DNA from: an uncultured Gammaproteobacteria bacterium
GTDB lineage: Bacteria > Patescibacteriota > Microgenomatia > UBA8517
Length of the DNA: 64,000 bases
Assembly: GCA_964635715.1 (NCBI GenBank)
Contig: CAZWNZ010000002.1
Location: forward strand, 104,009 to 168,008
Direction: 5' to 3'
The notes under the pieces are model-generated. The model was given only the letters and a program-made list of their open reading frames with translations. It was not told where the DNA came from and did no database searches. The position numbers and the translations under genes were made by a program. This document shows positions 48,031 to 56,570 of this stretch, piece after piece (the first letter of the stretch is position 1; each line of letters opens with the position of its first letter).

Positions 48031-48492
48031 CTACTCACGGACAACAACAGCACTTGTTGATGCATCCCAGCACTCAGGAATCATACTTTTAGGAAATTCT
48101 GGATATGGAGATATCTCTACACAATCGATTTGTCCGTTTCCGTCCCAAACAAGAGTCCAAAATCCATTCAAACGTGCCGCATACCAACCGCCCCCAAAAC
48201 CATCTTCGGAGACAGTTCCGTAAGCATATTCGCCGTCAATTTCCGAAACGGAAACACTCAGATCAGCCGAGCCGCTACTGTATTTCTCATCAAGTACTTC
48301 TTTAATTATTGCTGCCAAAGCATCTTCTTCCGAAAGCTGAATCTCCGGACTTTCACCGCTTTGGGCAATTTCTTCCGTATTTGTAACCGAAACTCCCTCC
48401 GGCTCCGCAAAATCAGGCAGTCCTTTGTAATAAACAGTAGCTCCTAAGAAAACTATTACGGCGGTTACAAAAACCGCGATGGCATACTTCAT
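48031..48492 (-). CDS. small secreted acidic protein (hypothetical)
   Basis: Signal peptide/TM followed by an acidic region and a C-terminal Cys pair. Confidence 0.35.
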   Translation of the reverse strand: MKYAIAVFVTAVIVFLGATVYYKGLPDFAEPEGVSVTNTEEIAQSGESPEIQLSEEDALAAIIKEVLDEKYSSGSADLSVSVSEIDGEYAYGTVSEDGFGGGWYAARLNGFWTLVWDGNGQIDCVEISPYPEFPKSMIPECWDASTSAVVVRE

Positions 48493-49310
48493 TTCGCTTT
48501 AGTAATACCAGGTTTTTTAATAAAAAACAACAAAATTCCAAAAACAATCGCAACAATCGAAATCCACAACCAGAAAAAAACAACTTCTCTAATTATAGGT
48601 GGAGTGAAAATCACTGCAAATAGAGTTCCTATATTTGTACTCGAGGAAAATTCCTGAGATAAAATTACAGAAGCAACTTTTCCCGCACCTGCTGCCACAA
48701 GCAAAATTAAGCCAGACAGTATCGTTGAAATAGCGACTATTGTTAGACGCCTACCCCTACCGATCAATAGATACTGCAGAATAAATAATAAAATTAACAG
48801 GAAAAAAGAAACCCCTGTAAATAACCACGACCAAAATCCTAACTTTGAGATTGCCAAAATATCTGCTTCATTAATTCCGGTAATATTAAATTCATCAATA
48901 AAATCCGATAATTTTATTTGCTCGGATAAGCTATCCTGTTTGTCTGAATTCGAAACATTTTGAACATTTCTCAATGATAGAGGAATGAAAACAACAATTT
49001 CACTTGAGTTATTGTTGGCGTAAAGCAAAAGACTGGTTATATTTTTTTCAAAAAACTCCTTTAGATTTAAAGGTGAAATAAAATCCGATAATACGGTCAC
49101 GTCCGTGTCCCGGCCACCCACTGCTTCCACCTTTGATATCATTTTGTTATCAATAACTTCCGACACCTGTGAATAAACATTCGCTTTGGCAAAAGTATTT
49201 ATCCAAAAATCTGATGACATAAACTGAAATCGTAGATTAATAGACAATACAAAAAATAAAAAGACAGGAATTGTCAATATTACCAGTAAGAACTTGGATA
49301 CAAATTTCAT
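48489..49310 (-). CDS. membrane protein (hypothetical)
   Basis: N-terminal TM, a periplasmic segment, and four C-terminal TM segments. Confidence 0.35.
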   Translation of the reverse strand: MKFVSKFLLVILTIPVFLFFVLSINLRFQFMSSDFWINTFAKANVYSQVSEVIDNKMISKVEAVGGRDTDVTVLSDFISPLNLKEFFEKNITSLLLYANNNSSEIVVFIPLSLRNVQNVSNSDKQDSLSEQIKLSDFIDEFNITGINEADILAISKLGFWSWLFTGVSFFLLILLFILQYLLIGRGRRLTIVAISTILSGLILLVAAGAGKVASVILSQEFSSSTNIGTLFAVIFTPPIIREVVFFWLWISIVAIVFGILLFFIKKPGITKAK

Positions 49311-49341
49311 TAATATTTAGTATACAATAAAGTTGATTGAA

Positions 49342-49360
49342 TCCTTCGATAAACTCAGGA
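49342..49360 (+). promoter_or_regulatory. copy 2 of recurrent motif (TCCTTCGATAAACTCAGGA), 29 nt upstream of the cupin gene
   Basis: Exact TCCTTCGA and CTCAGGA half-sites with a 4-nt spacer. Confidence 0.35.
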
Positions 49361-49388
49361 TTCTTTCTAGGAAAGAAGGTGATAATTT

Positions 49389-49772
49389 ATGGCAGGATAT
49401 TACGGACATATAGAAGAAGATTCTTTAGAAAATTCATTCTTTCGCAAGGTGCTTTACACAGGTCCTCATTCACAGTTAGTGTTAATGAGTCTTAAACCCT
49501 CAGAAGAAATTGGAGAGGAAGTCCATACTGAAAACGATCAGTTTTTCAGATTTGAAAAAGGAGAAGGTAAAGTTGTGATAGGTGGAGAGGAATTTATCGT
49601 TAAAGACGGCGATGTGGTTATAATTCCGGCAGGACAAATACACAACGTTATAAATACATCCACATCAGATGCACTAAAGATGTATACGATTTATTCACCA
49701 GCACATCATCCGGACGGGACCATACACGAGACAAAAGAAGAAGCAATGAGAGCTGAAGAAGCGGAACACTAA
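49389..49772 (+). CDS. cupin-domain protein
   Basis: ...GEEVHTEN.DQFFRFEKGEGKVVIGGEEF.VKDGDVVIIPAGQIHNV.N matches the cupin_2 two-motif pattern; a Shine-Dalgarno-like AAGGTG sits 9 nt before the ATG. Confidence 0.6.
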   Translation: MAGYYGHIEEDSLENSFFRKVLYTGPHSQLVLMSLKPSEEIGEEVHTENDQFFRFEKGEGKVVIGGEEFIVKDGDVVIIPAGQIHNVINTSTSDALKMYTIYSPAHHPDGTIHETKEEAMRAEEAEH

Positions 49773-49800
49773 GCCCAGTCGTTAGCCATTTTATTGGTTA

Positions 49801-50409
49801 TTAGAACAGGCTTCCCTGAGTGTCTTCAGATTGCTTTAGTGGATAAGAAAAATCAAGTTTGATTTCGTGGAGTTCGTTCCAGAAATCAACATACTTCAAA
49901 ATCCCGTCTCTTAGTGCATAATCATAAATATCGCGTGTAATAGCAACGTCCATTTCACAATATTTTTTTAGTTTTGCCAAACTCTCTTCCGTTTTCTGAT
50001 TCCAATATTTTATTGCGTTTTCTCCGCTATCGTTTTTTGTATTTCCAAGTGTAGCCTTGGCAAGAGAATTTAGGGACATTCTTTTTCCTTCAATTTTTTT
50101 AATTTCATTTAAAATATCAAAATGCCTAAGCTTTGGCCAATGGGGTGGAAAATACGGAGAAAGGGCGGGTATATCAAAACTAACTGAATTAAAGCCGATT
50201 ATGCGATCAGCCTTTTCAAAAAGCTTGAACATCTCATTAAAATCATTTTCCCAAAATGATTGCATCTTACCTTTAATTTCTTTGAAATTATCATCAAGAG
50301 TTCTTGTATAAACAGAGGTTATTGAAACTCCCAACTTAGCGGGATCATTATCCTCCACCTCATCAAAAAACCTTTTTGTTTCAGTATCAAATATAACTTC
50401 AAATTTCAT
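49801..50409 (-). CDS. DEDDy-type 3'-5' exonuclease family protein
   Basis: Exo I FDTET, Exo II IGFNSVSFDIPAL, Exo III YCEMDVAITRDIY. Confidence 0.5.
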   Translation of the reverse strand: MKFEVIFDTETKRFFDEVEDNDPAKLGVSITSVYTRTLDDNFKEIKGKMQSFWENDFNEMFKLFEKADRIIGFNSVSFDIPALSPYFPPHWPKLRHFDILNEIKKIEGKRMSLNSLAKATLGNTKNDSGENAIKYWNQKTEESLAKLKKYCEMDVAITRDIYDYALRDGILKYVDFWNELHEIKLDFSYPLKQSEDTQGSLF

Positions 50410-50424
50410 ATTACAAATTATAAG

Positions 50425-50444
50425 TCCTGAGCGTAGTCGAAGGA
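50425..50444 (-). promoter_or_regulatory. copy 3 of recurrent motif (gene-direction TCCTTCGACTACGCTCAGGA), followed by TATAAT 8 nt before the exonuclease ATG
   Basis: Exact half-sites with a 5-nt spacer. Confidence 0.35.
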
Positions 50445-50522
50445 AATTACCTCAAAATAATTCATGGTAAGGATAATTCTACTACCAAGAATATGTAGAT
50501 GTTAAGTGGCTTTGCTTATTTT

Positions 50523-50551
50523 TTGACTTTATAAACACAAAAAACTAGAAT
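50523..50551 (+). promoter_or_regulatory. candidate sigma70-like promoter TTGACT-17-TAGAAT; ATG 10 nt after the -10 (leaderless)
   Basis: Hexamers and spacing read directly from the sequence upstream of the 50562 ORF. Confidence 0.35.
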
Positions 50552-50561
50552 ACGGGCAATT

Positions 50562-50870
50562 ATGGAAAAATTCATGGAAATTGAACTTAACCCTCTCAAT
50601 TTATGCGCAGGTCCAAATATGTGGGCAACGGCAATACATCTTTTGAAAGACAATCCGGAAAAGGTTTTACCCGTTTACATGGAAGATCCAGAAACCGGTT
50701 ACCACCTTGGTGACTACTCTTTATGGTTTTATAAAGATGGAAGTAAACTTTTTCTTGTGGCTGAAAATTTCAGTTCTCCGGATTTTGAACAGGCATTTAG
50801 AATTGGCACTGAAGAAAAATGGCAATTGATCCAGCCGGGAATTTACAAGATTGAAGTCCTTCCACACTGA
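50562..50870 (+). CDS. hypothetical protein (102 aa)
   Basis: ORF with its own promoter-like element; no recognisable motifs. Confidence 0.35.
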   Translation: MEKFMEIELNPLNLCAGPNMWATAIHLLKDNPEKVLPVYMEDPETGYHLGDYSLWFYKDGSKLFLVAENFSSPDFEQAFRIGTEEKWQLIQPGIYKIEVLPH

Positions 50871-50877
50871 CATCTTC

Positions 50878-51159
50878 TCATTTAGCTGTCTTAATTGATT
50901 GTTCTAACTCTTCCGCCTTTTTTAACACCTTATTTACCAACAGCCAACTTCCCGGATATCTTTTTTCTGCAAAACCTTTTGCTTCCTCAAAAGAAAGATT
51001 TTTACCTTCATTGCCGGGTGTATCCATAAAAACATAAGCTGCCAGAAGCATTTCCTGTTTATAGCCATCAAAGATATTTCTATCCTCAAATGAAAAATTC
51101 AGATCATTTTCCGCCATTTCAAAGTAATCTGGTTTTTTCTTTTCAGATTCAATCATCAA
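50878..51159 (-). CDS. hypothetical protein (93 aa, acidic)
   Basis: ORF only. Confidence 0.3.
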   Translation of the reverse strand: MMIESEKKKPDYFEMAENDLNFSFEDRNIFDGYKQEMLLAAYVFMDTPGNEGKNLSFEEAKGFAEKRYPGSWLLVNKVLKKAEELEQSIKTAK

Positions 51160-51215
51160 GGTAAATATAGCTTTCTTAATTCCTCTTTTGCTTTTTCCAA
51201 AATTTCTTTCCTTTC

Positions 51216-51422
51216 TTAAGGCAATCTCTTCCCTACTTCATTAATATAAAAATTCAACATACTCATAACGGATTGAAATGGAGTGCCTTTTCTACGCGTA
51301 GAATTTTCCGCAGAATCTTTCATACTTTTTGCAATTTTTGCCGGGTCATTCCAAGTGAACACTTCTTCCTCCAAATCCATTTTTTTACTCCCATAGGTTA
51401 ATTCCCTATGTTCGATAAACAT
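51216..51422 (-). CDS. DUF3175-like small protein
   Basis: ...KDSAENSTRRKGTPFQSVMSMLNFYINEVGKRLP resembles the remembered DUF3175 core (...STRRK.TS..SAMSMLTFYINRAG.NL). Confidence 0.45.
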   Translation of the reverse strand: MFIEHRELTYGSKKMDLEEEVFTWNDPAKIAKSMKDSAENSTRRKGTPFQSVMSMLNFYINEVGKRLP

Positions 51423-51443
51423 TCTGAGGCAATTATATTACAA

Positions 51444-51463
51444 TCCTGAGTCATGTCGAAGGA
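51444..51463 (-). promoter_or_regulatory. copy 4 of recurrent motif (gene-direction TCCTTCGACATGACTCAGGA), followed by TATAAT 9 nt before the DUF3175 gene ATG
   Basis: Exact half-sites with a 5-nt spacer; TTCGAC-17-TATAAT geometry. Confidence 0.35.
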
Positions 51464-51505
51464 CTACTAATTTTTTTCGGTCGTCGCATAATGTTTTGAA
51501 GAGAA

Positions 51506-51961
51506 TTACCCAATCTCTAATACTTTTCCTGTAAATGTTTGGTCTCCATTTTTATAAAGAAACAGATCCCCGACTTTACTTCTCAAAATTGCCTCACCTA
51601 TTGGAGAAATAGGGGAAATCAAATTAAATCCGGCTATATATACGGGGTTTTTAACCAGATATAATTCTTTTTCATTTCCCGACATTGTTATTTTTATATA
51701 ACAAACAGGTTCTATGCTTTTTGGTAACTCCAGATACATTGATTCTTTCAACTCTGCTTCTAAATTTTTAATTGCCATATGCTTTTGCATACTTAAATTT
51801 GCAGAATTTCTGGAGTGCTCCGCATCCCCCGCCGCCGAATAGGAAGAGCTAAGTCCCCCGCTTGCTTCATTGGCTGCGTTATAAGAATTACTGGCAGCAC
51901 TTCCTGATTTTTTTTCAATCTTTTTTACCTCATTTAAAAGATCTGATATTTTTTGCCTCAT
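51506..51961 (-). CDS. GreA/GreB-family-like protein with low-complexity insertion
   Basis: C-terminal ...ISPISPIGEAILRSKVGDLFLYKNGDQTFTGKVLEIG matches the GreA FKBP-like C-domain (VSP.SPLG.ALLGKKVGD...); N-terminal coiled coil with a Ser/Ala/Asn-rich insert. Confidence 0.45.
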   Translation of the reverse strand: MRQKISDLLNEVKKIEKKSGSAASNSYNAANEASGGLSSSYSAAGDAEHSRNSANLSMQKHMAIKNLEAELKESMYLELPKSIEPVCYIKITMSGNEKELYLVKNPVYIAGFNLISPISPIGEAILRSKVGDLFLYKNGDQTFTGKVLEIG

Positions 51962-52009
51962 TTTTTGATTGTACTACAATTCGGCTTATTTGGAGTTATA
52001 ATCAAACCT

Positions 52010-52516
52010 ATGGAAGACAAATTTAAAAAGTATACGGATCACAAGACAATCATATCTGTTGGAGCATTGATTTGGAACAAAGGAAAAGTGCTTATGTTAA
52101 AAAGATCTGAGACCAAAAAAATTGATCCGGGTGTTTACTCCGGAGTTGGGGGTAAAGTTGAGCCGGGAGAAAGTGTTTACGATGCTCTCATCCGCGAAAT
52201 TGATGAGGAAACGAGAATTAAAAAATTTAAATCAATTAAAATTTATTCCATCACCCAGCACAGATCGCCTAAAACAGACTGCGAATGGATAAATTTTTAC
52301 TTTAATGTTGAAATCGAAAAACAAGTGCATATACAGGAAAGCGGGGAGGGAAAGTTCGAATGGGTAAACCCTAAAGAAATTGATAAACTGCCAGCGGTGA
52401 CCGATCAAAAAGAATATATCAAAATACTTTCCAAAAATCCCGATGCTTTCATCTTAGGATTTTTTGACAATGACAAATCCGGTCACCAAACTAAACACAC
52501 TATTCACATTTTATAG
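52010..52516 (+). CDS. NUDIX hydrolase; start set at internal MEDK
   Basis: Nudix box GGKVEPGESVYDALIREIDEETRI; the ORF-track start 51953 would overlap the convergent gene. Confidence 0.7.
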   Translation: MEDKFKKYTDHKTIISVGALIWNKGKVLMLKRSETKKIDPGVYSGVGGKVEPGESVYDALIREIDEETRIKKFKSIKIYSITQHRSPKTDCEWINFYFNVEIEKQVHIQESGEGKFEWVNPKEIDKLPAVTDQKEYIKILSKNPDAFILGFFDNDKSGHQTKHTIHIL

Positions 52517-52527
52517 ATATTGGTTTA

Positions 52528-53313
52528 TTACGGAAGAAGTTTGGACAGGAAATGTATTGAGAATACCCCGACAATAACTAAAACAACCTTGATAAAGGTA
52601 TCACGTTTATTATCGTGCTCACCCACTTCCGGCAAGAAGTCCGAAGCTCCTAAATACAGAAATACTCCCGCCGCGATAGCCAAAAGCCAGGCAATACTTC
52701 CCTCAGTTGCATTCGGAAAAAAGTAAAATACAACTAAGGCTCCCGGAATTGTTGCCAAAGCGGAAAGAAAATTGGCAATAAACGTCTTTTTTCTGCTCCA
52801 GCCCCTTGATACCAGTACTCCAAAATCCCCTATCTCATGCGGTGTTTCATGGAGAAAAGTGGAAAGGGCAAGTGTTAATCCTAATCCGGGGGATGTTAGA
52901 TAGGCCGCGGCAATAGCTACACCATCAATAAAATTGTGTATTGTATCGCCAAACAAAACTAAAGAAATCGAAGATTTTTGTAATGTTTCTGCATGTTCCT
53001 CATGATGATGAAGAGATGCAAAATATTTCTCAAAAACAAACGATCCCAAAAACGCCAAAAGAACATAAAGAAATGCTTTTTCACCCATTACCTCCGAGGC
53101 TTCAGGAACTAAATGTAAAACTGAAACGGACAGAAGCACTCCGGCAGCAAATGGAATCGCATAAAAACTTAAAGTTTTTGACCACTTATACTTAATTAAA
53201 AATATAATTCCACCAACCAAACCGGCAACGCTACCGATAAGCGATAATATAATTAAAGCAAAAACAGAATTCTGCATGGCTGTAATTTTAGCAAGAAAGA
53301 ATACGTTTTCCAA
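52528..53313 (-). CDS. ZIP-family divalent metal transporter (ZupT-like)
   Basis: ...HNFIDGVAIAAAY...LHETPHEIGDFGVL... ZIP signature helices. Confidence 0.8.
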   Translation of the reverse strand: MENVFFLAKITAMQNSVFALIILSLIGSVAGLVGGIIFLIKYKWSKTLSFYAIPFAAGVLLSVSVLHLVPEASEVMGEKAFLYVLLAFLGSFVFEKYFASLHHHEEHAETLQKSSISLVLFGDTIHNFIDGVAIAAAYLTSPGLGLTLALSTFLHETPHEIGDFGVLVSRGWSRKKTFIANFLSALATIPGALVVFYFFPNATEGSIAWLLAIAAGVFLYLGASDFLPEVGEHDNKRDTFIKVVLVIVGVFSIHFLSKLLP

Positions 53314-53836
53314 CCCTCACACTACTAATCTGCCGTTCTAAAACTTCTTCCAGTTTTTCGTCCGGAAAAGGCAGTATTTCCTCTTTTGGCCAAAAACCAA
53401 GAATTTTTAAAAGATTAGAAACAAATTCAAGTCTCAATTTTTTTAGTTTAACCTCTTTTTTCAAACTTTCCATTGAAGTATCCAAAAGTCGATACAGTTC
53501 AAAATTTTCCCCTCCTTCATGTGTAATTTTATCTACAACTTCCATCAAGTAGTAGGCTAAAGAAATTTTTTTTACTGAACCTTTAACTTTTTTATAATCG
53601 TCGATTGTTTCCACCTCAGTCATAATTCCGATACCCTTCCCATTTACAGCTTGAAAATTGATTTTATTGAAAATTTCAAGGTGTCCTCGTTTTTTGCTTT
53701 CGACTTTCCTGACACCTTTTGCAATCAGGGAAATTTTGCCTTTGTTTTTTGTATAAATATCCAAGATTCTGTCTGCTTCGCCAAAATTTCTGCGTTTAAG
53801 AATAAACCCCTCTGATGTAAAGCTGTGCGGTATCAT
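53288..53836 (-). CDS. recO: DNA repair protein RecO (short form)
   Basis: N-terminal OB-fold ...EGFILKRRNFGEADRILDIYTKNKGKISLIAKGVRK... typical of RecO. Confidence 0.6.
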   Translation of the reverse strand: MIPHSFTSEGFILKRRNFGEADRILDIYTKNKGKISLIAKGVRKVESKKRGHLEIFNKINFQAVNGKGIGIMTEVETIDDYKKVKGSVKKISLAYYLMEVVDKITHEGGENFELYRLLDTSMESLKKEVKLKKLRLEFVSNLLKILGFWPKEEILPFPDEKLEEVLERQISSVRVGKRILSC

Positions 53837-53854
53837 TAGAAGTCTTTACTATAA

Positions 53855-55897
53855 TTACAATTCTATTCTAATTTCTTTATCTGTGCTTAATTTGAATTCC
53901 TCAATTCGCTTTCCAAGATTGATTGTATATAAAAACCCATCAGTTCCTGGCTGTTTTTGGACAAGAAGATTGTATTCATCGTTAATTTTAAACGGAAGTT
54001 TATATTTAAAAGTTACTTTTGATACACCTTCAGGACGAAGCTCAAAATATCCCGCAAAAACAGTTTTATCCAATTCTTCATAAGGATCTGCTGATTCTTT
54101 GAGACCTTCGGCAGCAAGAAGTTCACTTCCTTTAGGGACATAAACTCTGACCCAAGTTGGAAGAATGGAATTAAGCCAGCCATCCTGTTTTTCAGGATTT
54201 TGATAAGTTATTGTAAGTGTCTTGGTAACGCTTCCGTCACTACCCACCTCAATATCCTGAACAACTTCTTCATAAGCATAGAGGTTGGATTTTCGCCCCC
54301 CTAGATTAGCATCATTAATGTGAAGATAGTCTTGCCCTTCCTCTGTATTGGCAATTTTCGAACTCAATCCAAAATTGGAGACAGCCGTTTGAACTTTTTC
54401 GTCAAGCATATACAGAAGAACATGTTTTTGATCCAATGAATTAAAGATAGCTTCTACAAGTCCCGGAATTTTTTCTTTGGGCTGCGCCAAAGCATTTGCC
54501 ATAATAGAATTCATTAAAGGGCCTATTATTGCTTTTCTATTATTGTAATTGGCGGGAGCCGAAATAATTTTTCCGGTCAATGGATCCCAAATAACTGCCC
54601 CTTCGACATCAGCAAAAGATTCAAGTTCATATATCACTTGAGCACAATTACATTCATCAACTATTTTTGTACTGAAATTGCCGTAACCGGGAACTCCTAT
54701 TTCGCCAATTGCATTAAGAAGATTTACCAAAAGATGTGTATCGACAGCAATTATTCCGTCTATTTCATCTATACCTGCTTTTTCAGCAGCCGGAATAAAA
54801 GTCTCCATTGCCGTTTCAAAATCAGGAGACCAATTCATATCTCTTAGCCTCCATTTGGAAGACAAGGCATAAGGCCCCTTAATATAATCAATAATAGGAT
54901 CAGGTGCTTTAATTGAAGGCGTATATTTCGCATCCAGTGTATAAATATCATCACTTGAGACAGGGGTGAATGTGGCATTATCAACTGTCATAATTGAATA
55001 CCCTGTCATAAAACCGCCCGTTGGTCTTAATTCCTTATCATTCTGGAAAATAACGAAGTAAGTTCTTGGTGAATCCATACCAAGAAGATAAGGTGCCGAC
55101 TCCAGGAAAGGTTTTGCGTTTACAATATACCCGCTCGCTTCATTAATTAAATCCTGAACACTTTCAATCTTGCTTCTGATAATTATTCCTTTAAATTCTT
55201 CAGGATACCTTTCGGCATCAATCATAGATAATTCTGTTTGAACAATTTTTACTTTTTCCGATATTATGTCGATCTGTGGGATAAGATCCGGAATCGTATT
55301 AACAATAAAATTAATTCTGTCTTGCGTAGTTTGTTCGCTGGTTTCTGCACCTAAAACATTAGTACCTCCGTTTTTAAATCCAAGCAAATCTGCATAAGGT
55401 TCGATCACCGTCAAGACAGTCTCACCCGCGTTTAATCCGGCGATTCCGGCAGATAATATATGACTCCCGTCGGAAATATATTTGCCGGCAAACGGCAAAA
55501 ATTTCTCCCAGGAAATTAATTTGTAAGTGTTATCTAGTTCAGACAGTGAAAGTTTTGTATTGCCGAGCTCGGTCTTGAGAAGAACAAGATCCTGTGAAGT
55601 AAATGTTGTGGACAATACTTTTGCGTTATCCATTAACTTCACTGCTTTTTGGTAAATTAGAAATCCTGCCACTGCATTGTAGATCAAAAACACCAGAAAG
55701 AGGGCTAGAATTCCTAAAATAATTAAAACCCAAGGCTTTTTTTTGTTTTTAGGGTTAATTATTTTCTCTTTTTTTGCCTGAGCATTATCAGAGACTACAG
55801 GAGTTTCTTTCGGAGCAGTACCGATCTTTGGCACCAAAATGGAATCACTTGCATTATCAGGCTCAATTTTCTTAATCTGTTCTGTAAGATCACCCAT
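53855..55897 (-). CDS. large membrane-anchored extracellular protein (possibly DUF4012-like), first gene of the downstream glycan cluster
   Basis: Lys-rich N-terminus, single TM, about 600-aa extracellular domain. The DUF4012 assignment is from memory only. Confidence 0.35.
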   Translation of the reverse strand: MGDLTEQIKKIEPDNASDSILVPKIGTAPKETPVVSDNAQAKKEKIINPKNKKKPWVLIILGILALFLVFLIYNAVAGFLIYQKAVKLMDNAKVLSTTFTSQDLVLLKTELGNTKLSLSELDNTYKLISWEKFLPFAGKYISDGSHILSAGIAGLNAGETVLTVIEPYADLLGFKNGGTNVLGAETSEQTTQDRINFIVNTIPDLIPQIDIISEKVKIVQTELSMIDAERYPEEFKGIIIRSKIESVQDLINEASGYIVNAKPFLESAPYLLGMDSPRTYFVIFQNDKELRPTGGFMTGYSIMTVDNATFTPVSSDDIYTLDAKYTPSIKAPDPIIDYIKGPYALSSKWRLRDMNWSPDFETAMETFIPAAEKAGIDEIDGIIAVDTHLLVNLLNAIGEIGVPGYGNFSTKIVDECNCAQVIYELESFADVEGAVIWDPLTGKIISAPANYNNRKAIIGPLMNSIMANALAQPKEKIPGLVEAIFNSLDQKHVLLYMLDEKVQTAVSNFGLSSKIANTEEGQDYLHINDANLGGRKSNLYAYEEVVQDIEVGSDGSVTKTLTITYQNPEKQDGWLNSILPTWVRVYVPKGSELLAAEGLKESADPYEELDKTVFAGYFELRPEGVSKVTFKYKLPFKINDEYNLLVQKQPGTDGFLYTINLGKRIEEFKLSTDKEIRIEL

Positions 55898-55917
55898 GAG
55901 TTAATAATACACTATTT

Positions 55918-56568
55918 CTACACCGCTCCGACACCACTGATCATGGCAATGGGAGTTTTAAGAAGGATTTTAATATCCATTAAAAGACACTTCTTTTTTG
56001 CATACTCTGCATCCATTCTGATTCTTTTATCAAAATTTATATTACTCCTGCCCGTCACCTGCCAAAATCCGGTAATTCCGGGTTTGACTGTTTGGGTTTG
56101 CTTTACATATTTTTCAGTTCCCGGGTAGCGTATTTGCTGTTCGGTAAGTTCATCTGCATGGTAGGGTCTCGGACCAACCAAACTCATGTCACCCTTTAAT
56201 ACGTTTAGAAATTGGGGAGTTTCATCTATTGAGTATTTTCTTATAAACTTACCAAATTTTGTAACCCTAGGATCATCATGAAGTTTAAAACTCGACCTTT
56301 TATATTCGTTGTAAAGTTTTTTGAATCTCGGGTCTTTTGTTAATAGATAATCGGCATTGACAGGCATTGACCGAAATTTAAAAAGTCTGAATACTTTCCC
56401 GTTTTTACCGATTCTTTGCATATGAGCATTACTTTTTTCGACAAGAACCGGTCCGGGAGAAGTAATCTTAATAATAATTGCTGTTATTAACATAATGGGA
56501 GAAAAAATAATTAGAAGAATAGATGAAAGAAAAATGTCCATTACCCTTTTAATAATGTTGTATAGCAT
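55918..56568 (-). CDS. undecaprenyl-phosphate sugar phosphotransferase (PglC/WbaP C-terminal type initiating transferase)
   Basis: ...RVMDIFLS..LLI..SP..L..A..IK..S.GPVL..Q.R.G.NGK.F...KFRSM... and DETPQFLNVLKGDMSLVGPRP. Confidence 0.8.
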   Translation of the reverse strand: MLYNIIKRVMDIFLSSILLIIFSPIMLITAIIIKITSPGPVLVEKSNAHMQRIGKNGKVFRLFKFRSMPVNADYLLTKDPRFKKLYNEYKRSSFKLHDDPRVTKFGKFIRKYSIDETPQFLNVLKGDMSLVGPRPYHADELTEQQIRYPGTEKYVKQTQTVKPGITGFWQVTGRSNINFDKRIRMDAEYAKKKCLLMDIKILLKTPIAMISGVGAV

Positions 56569-56570
56569 AT

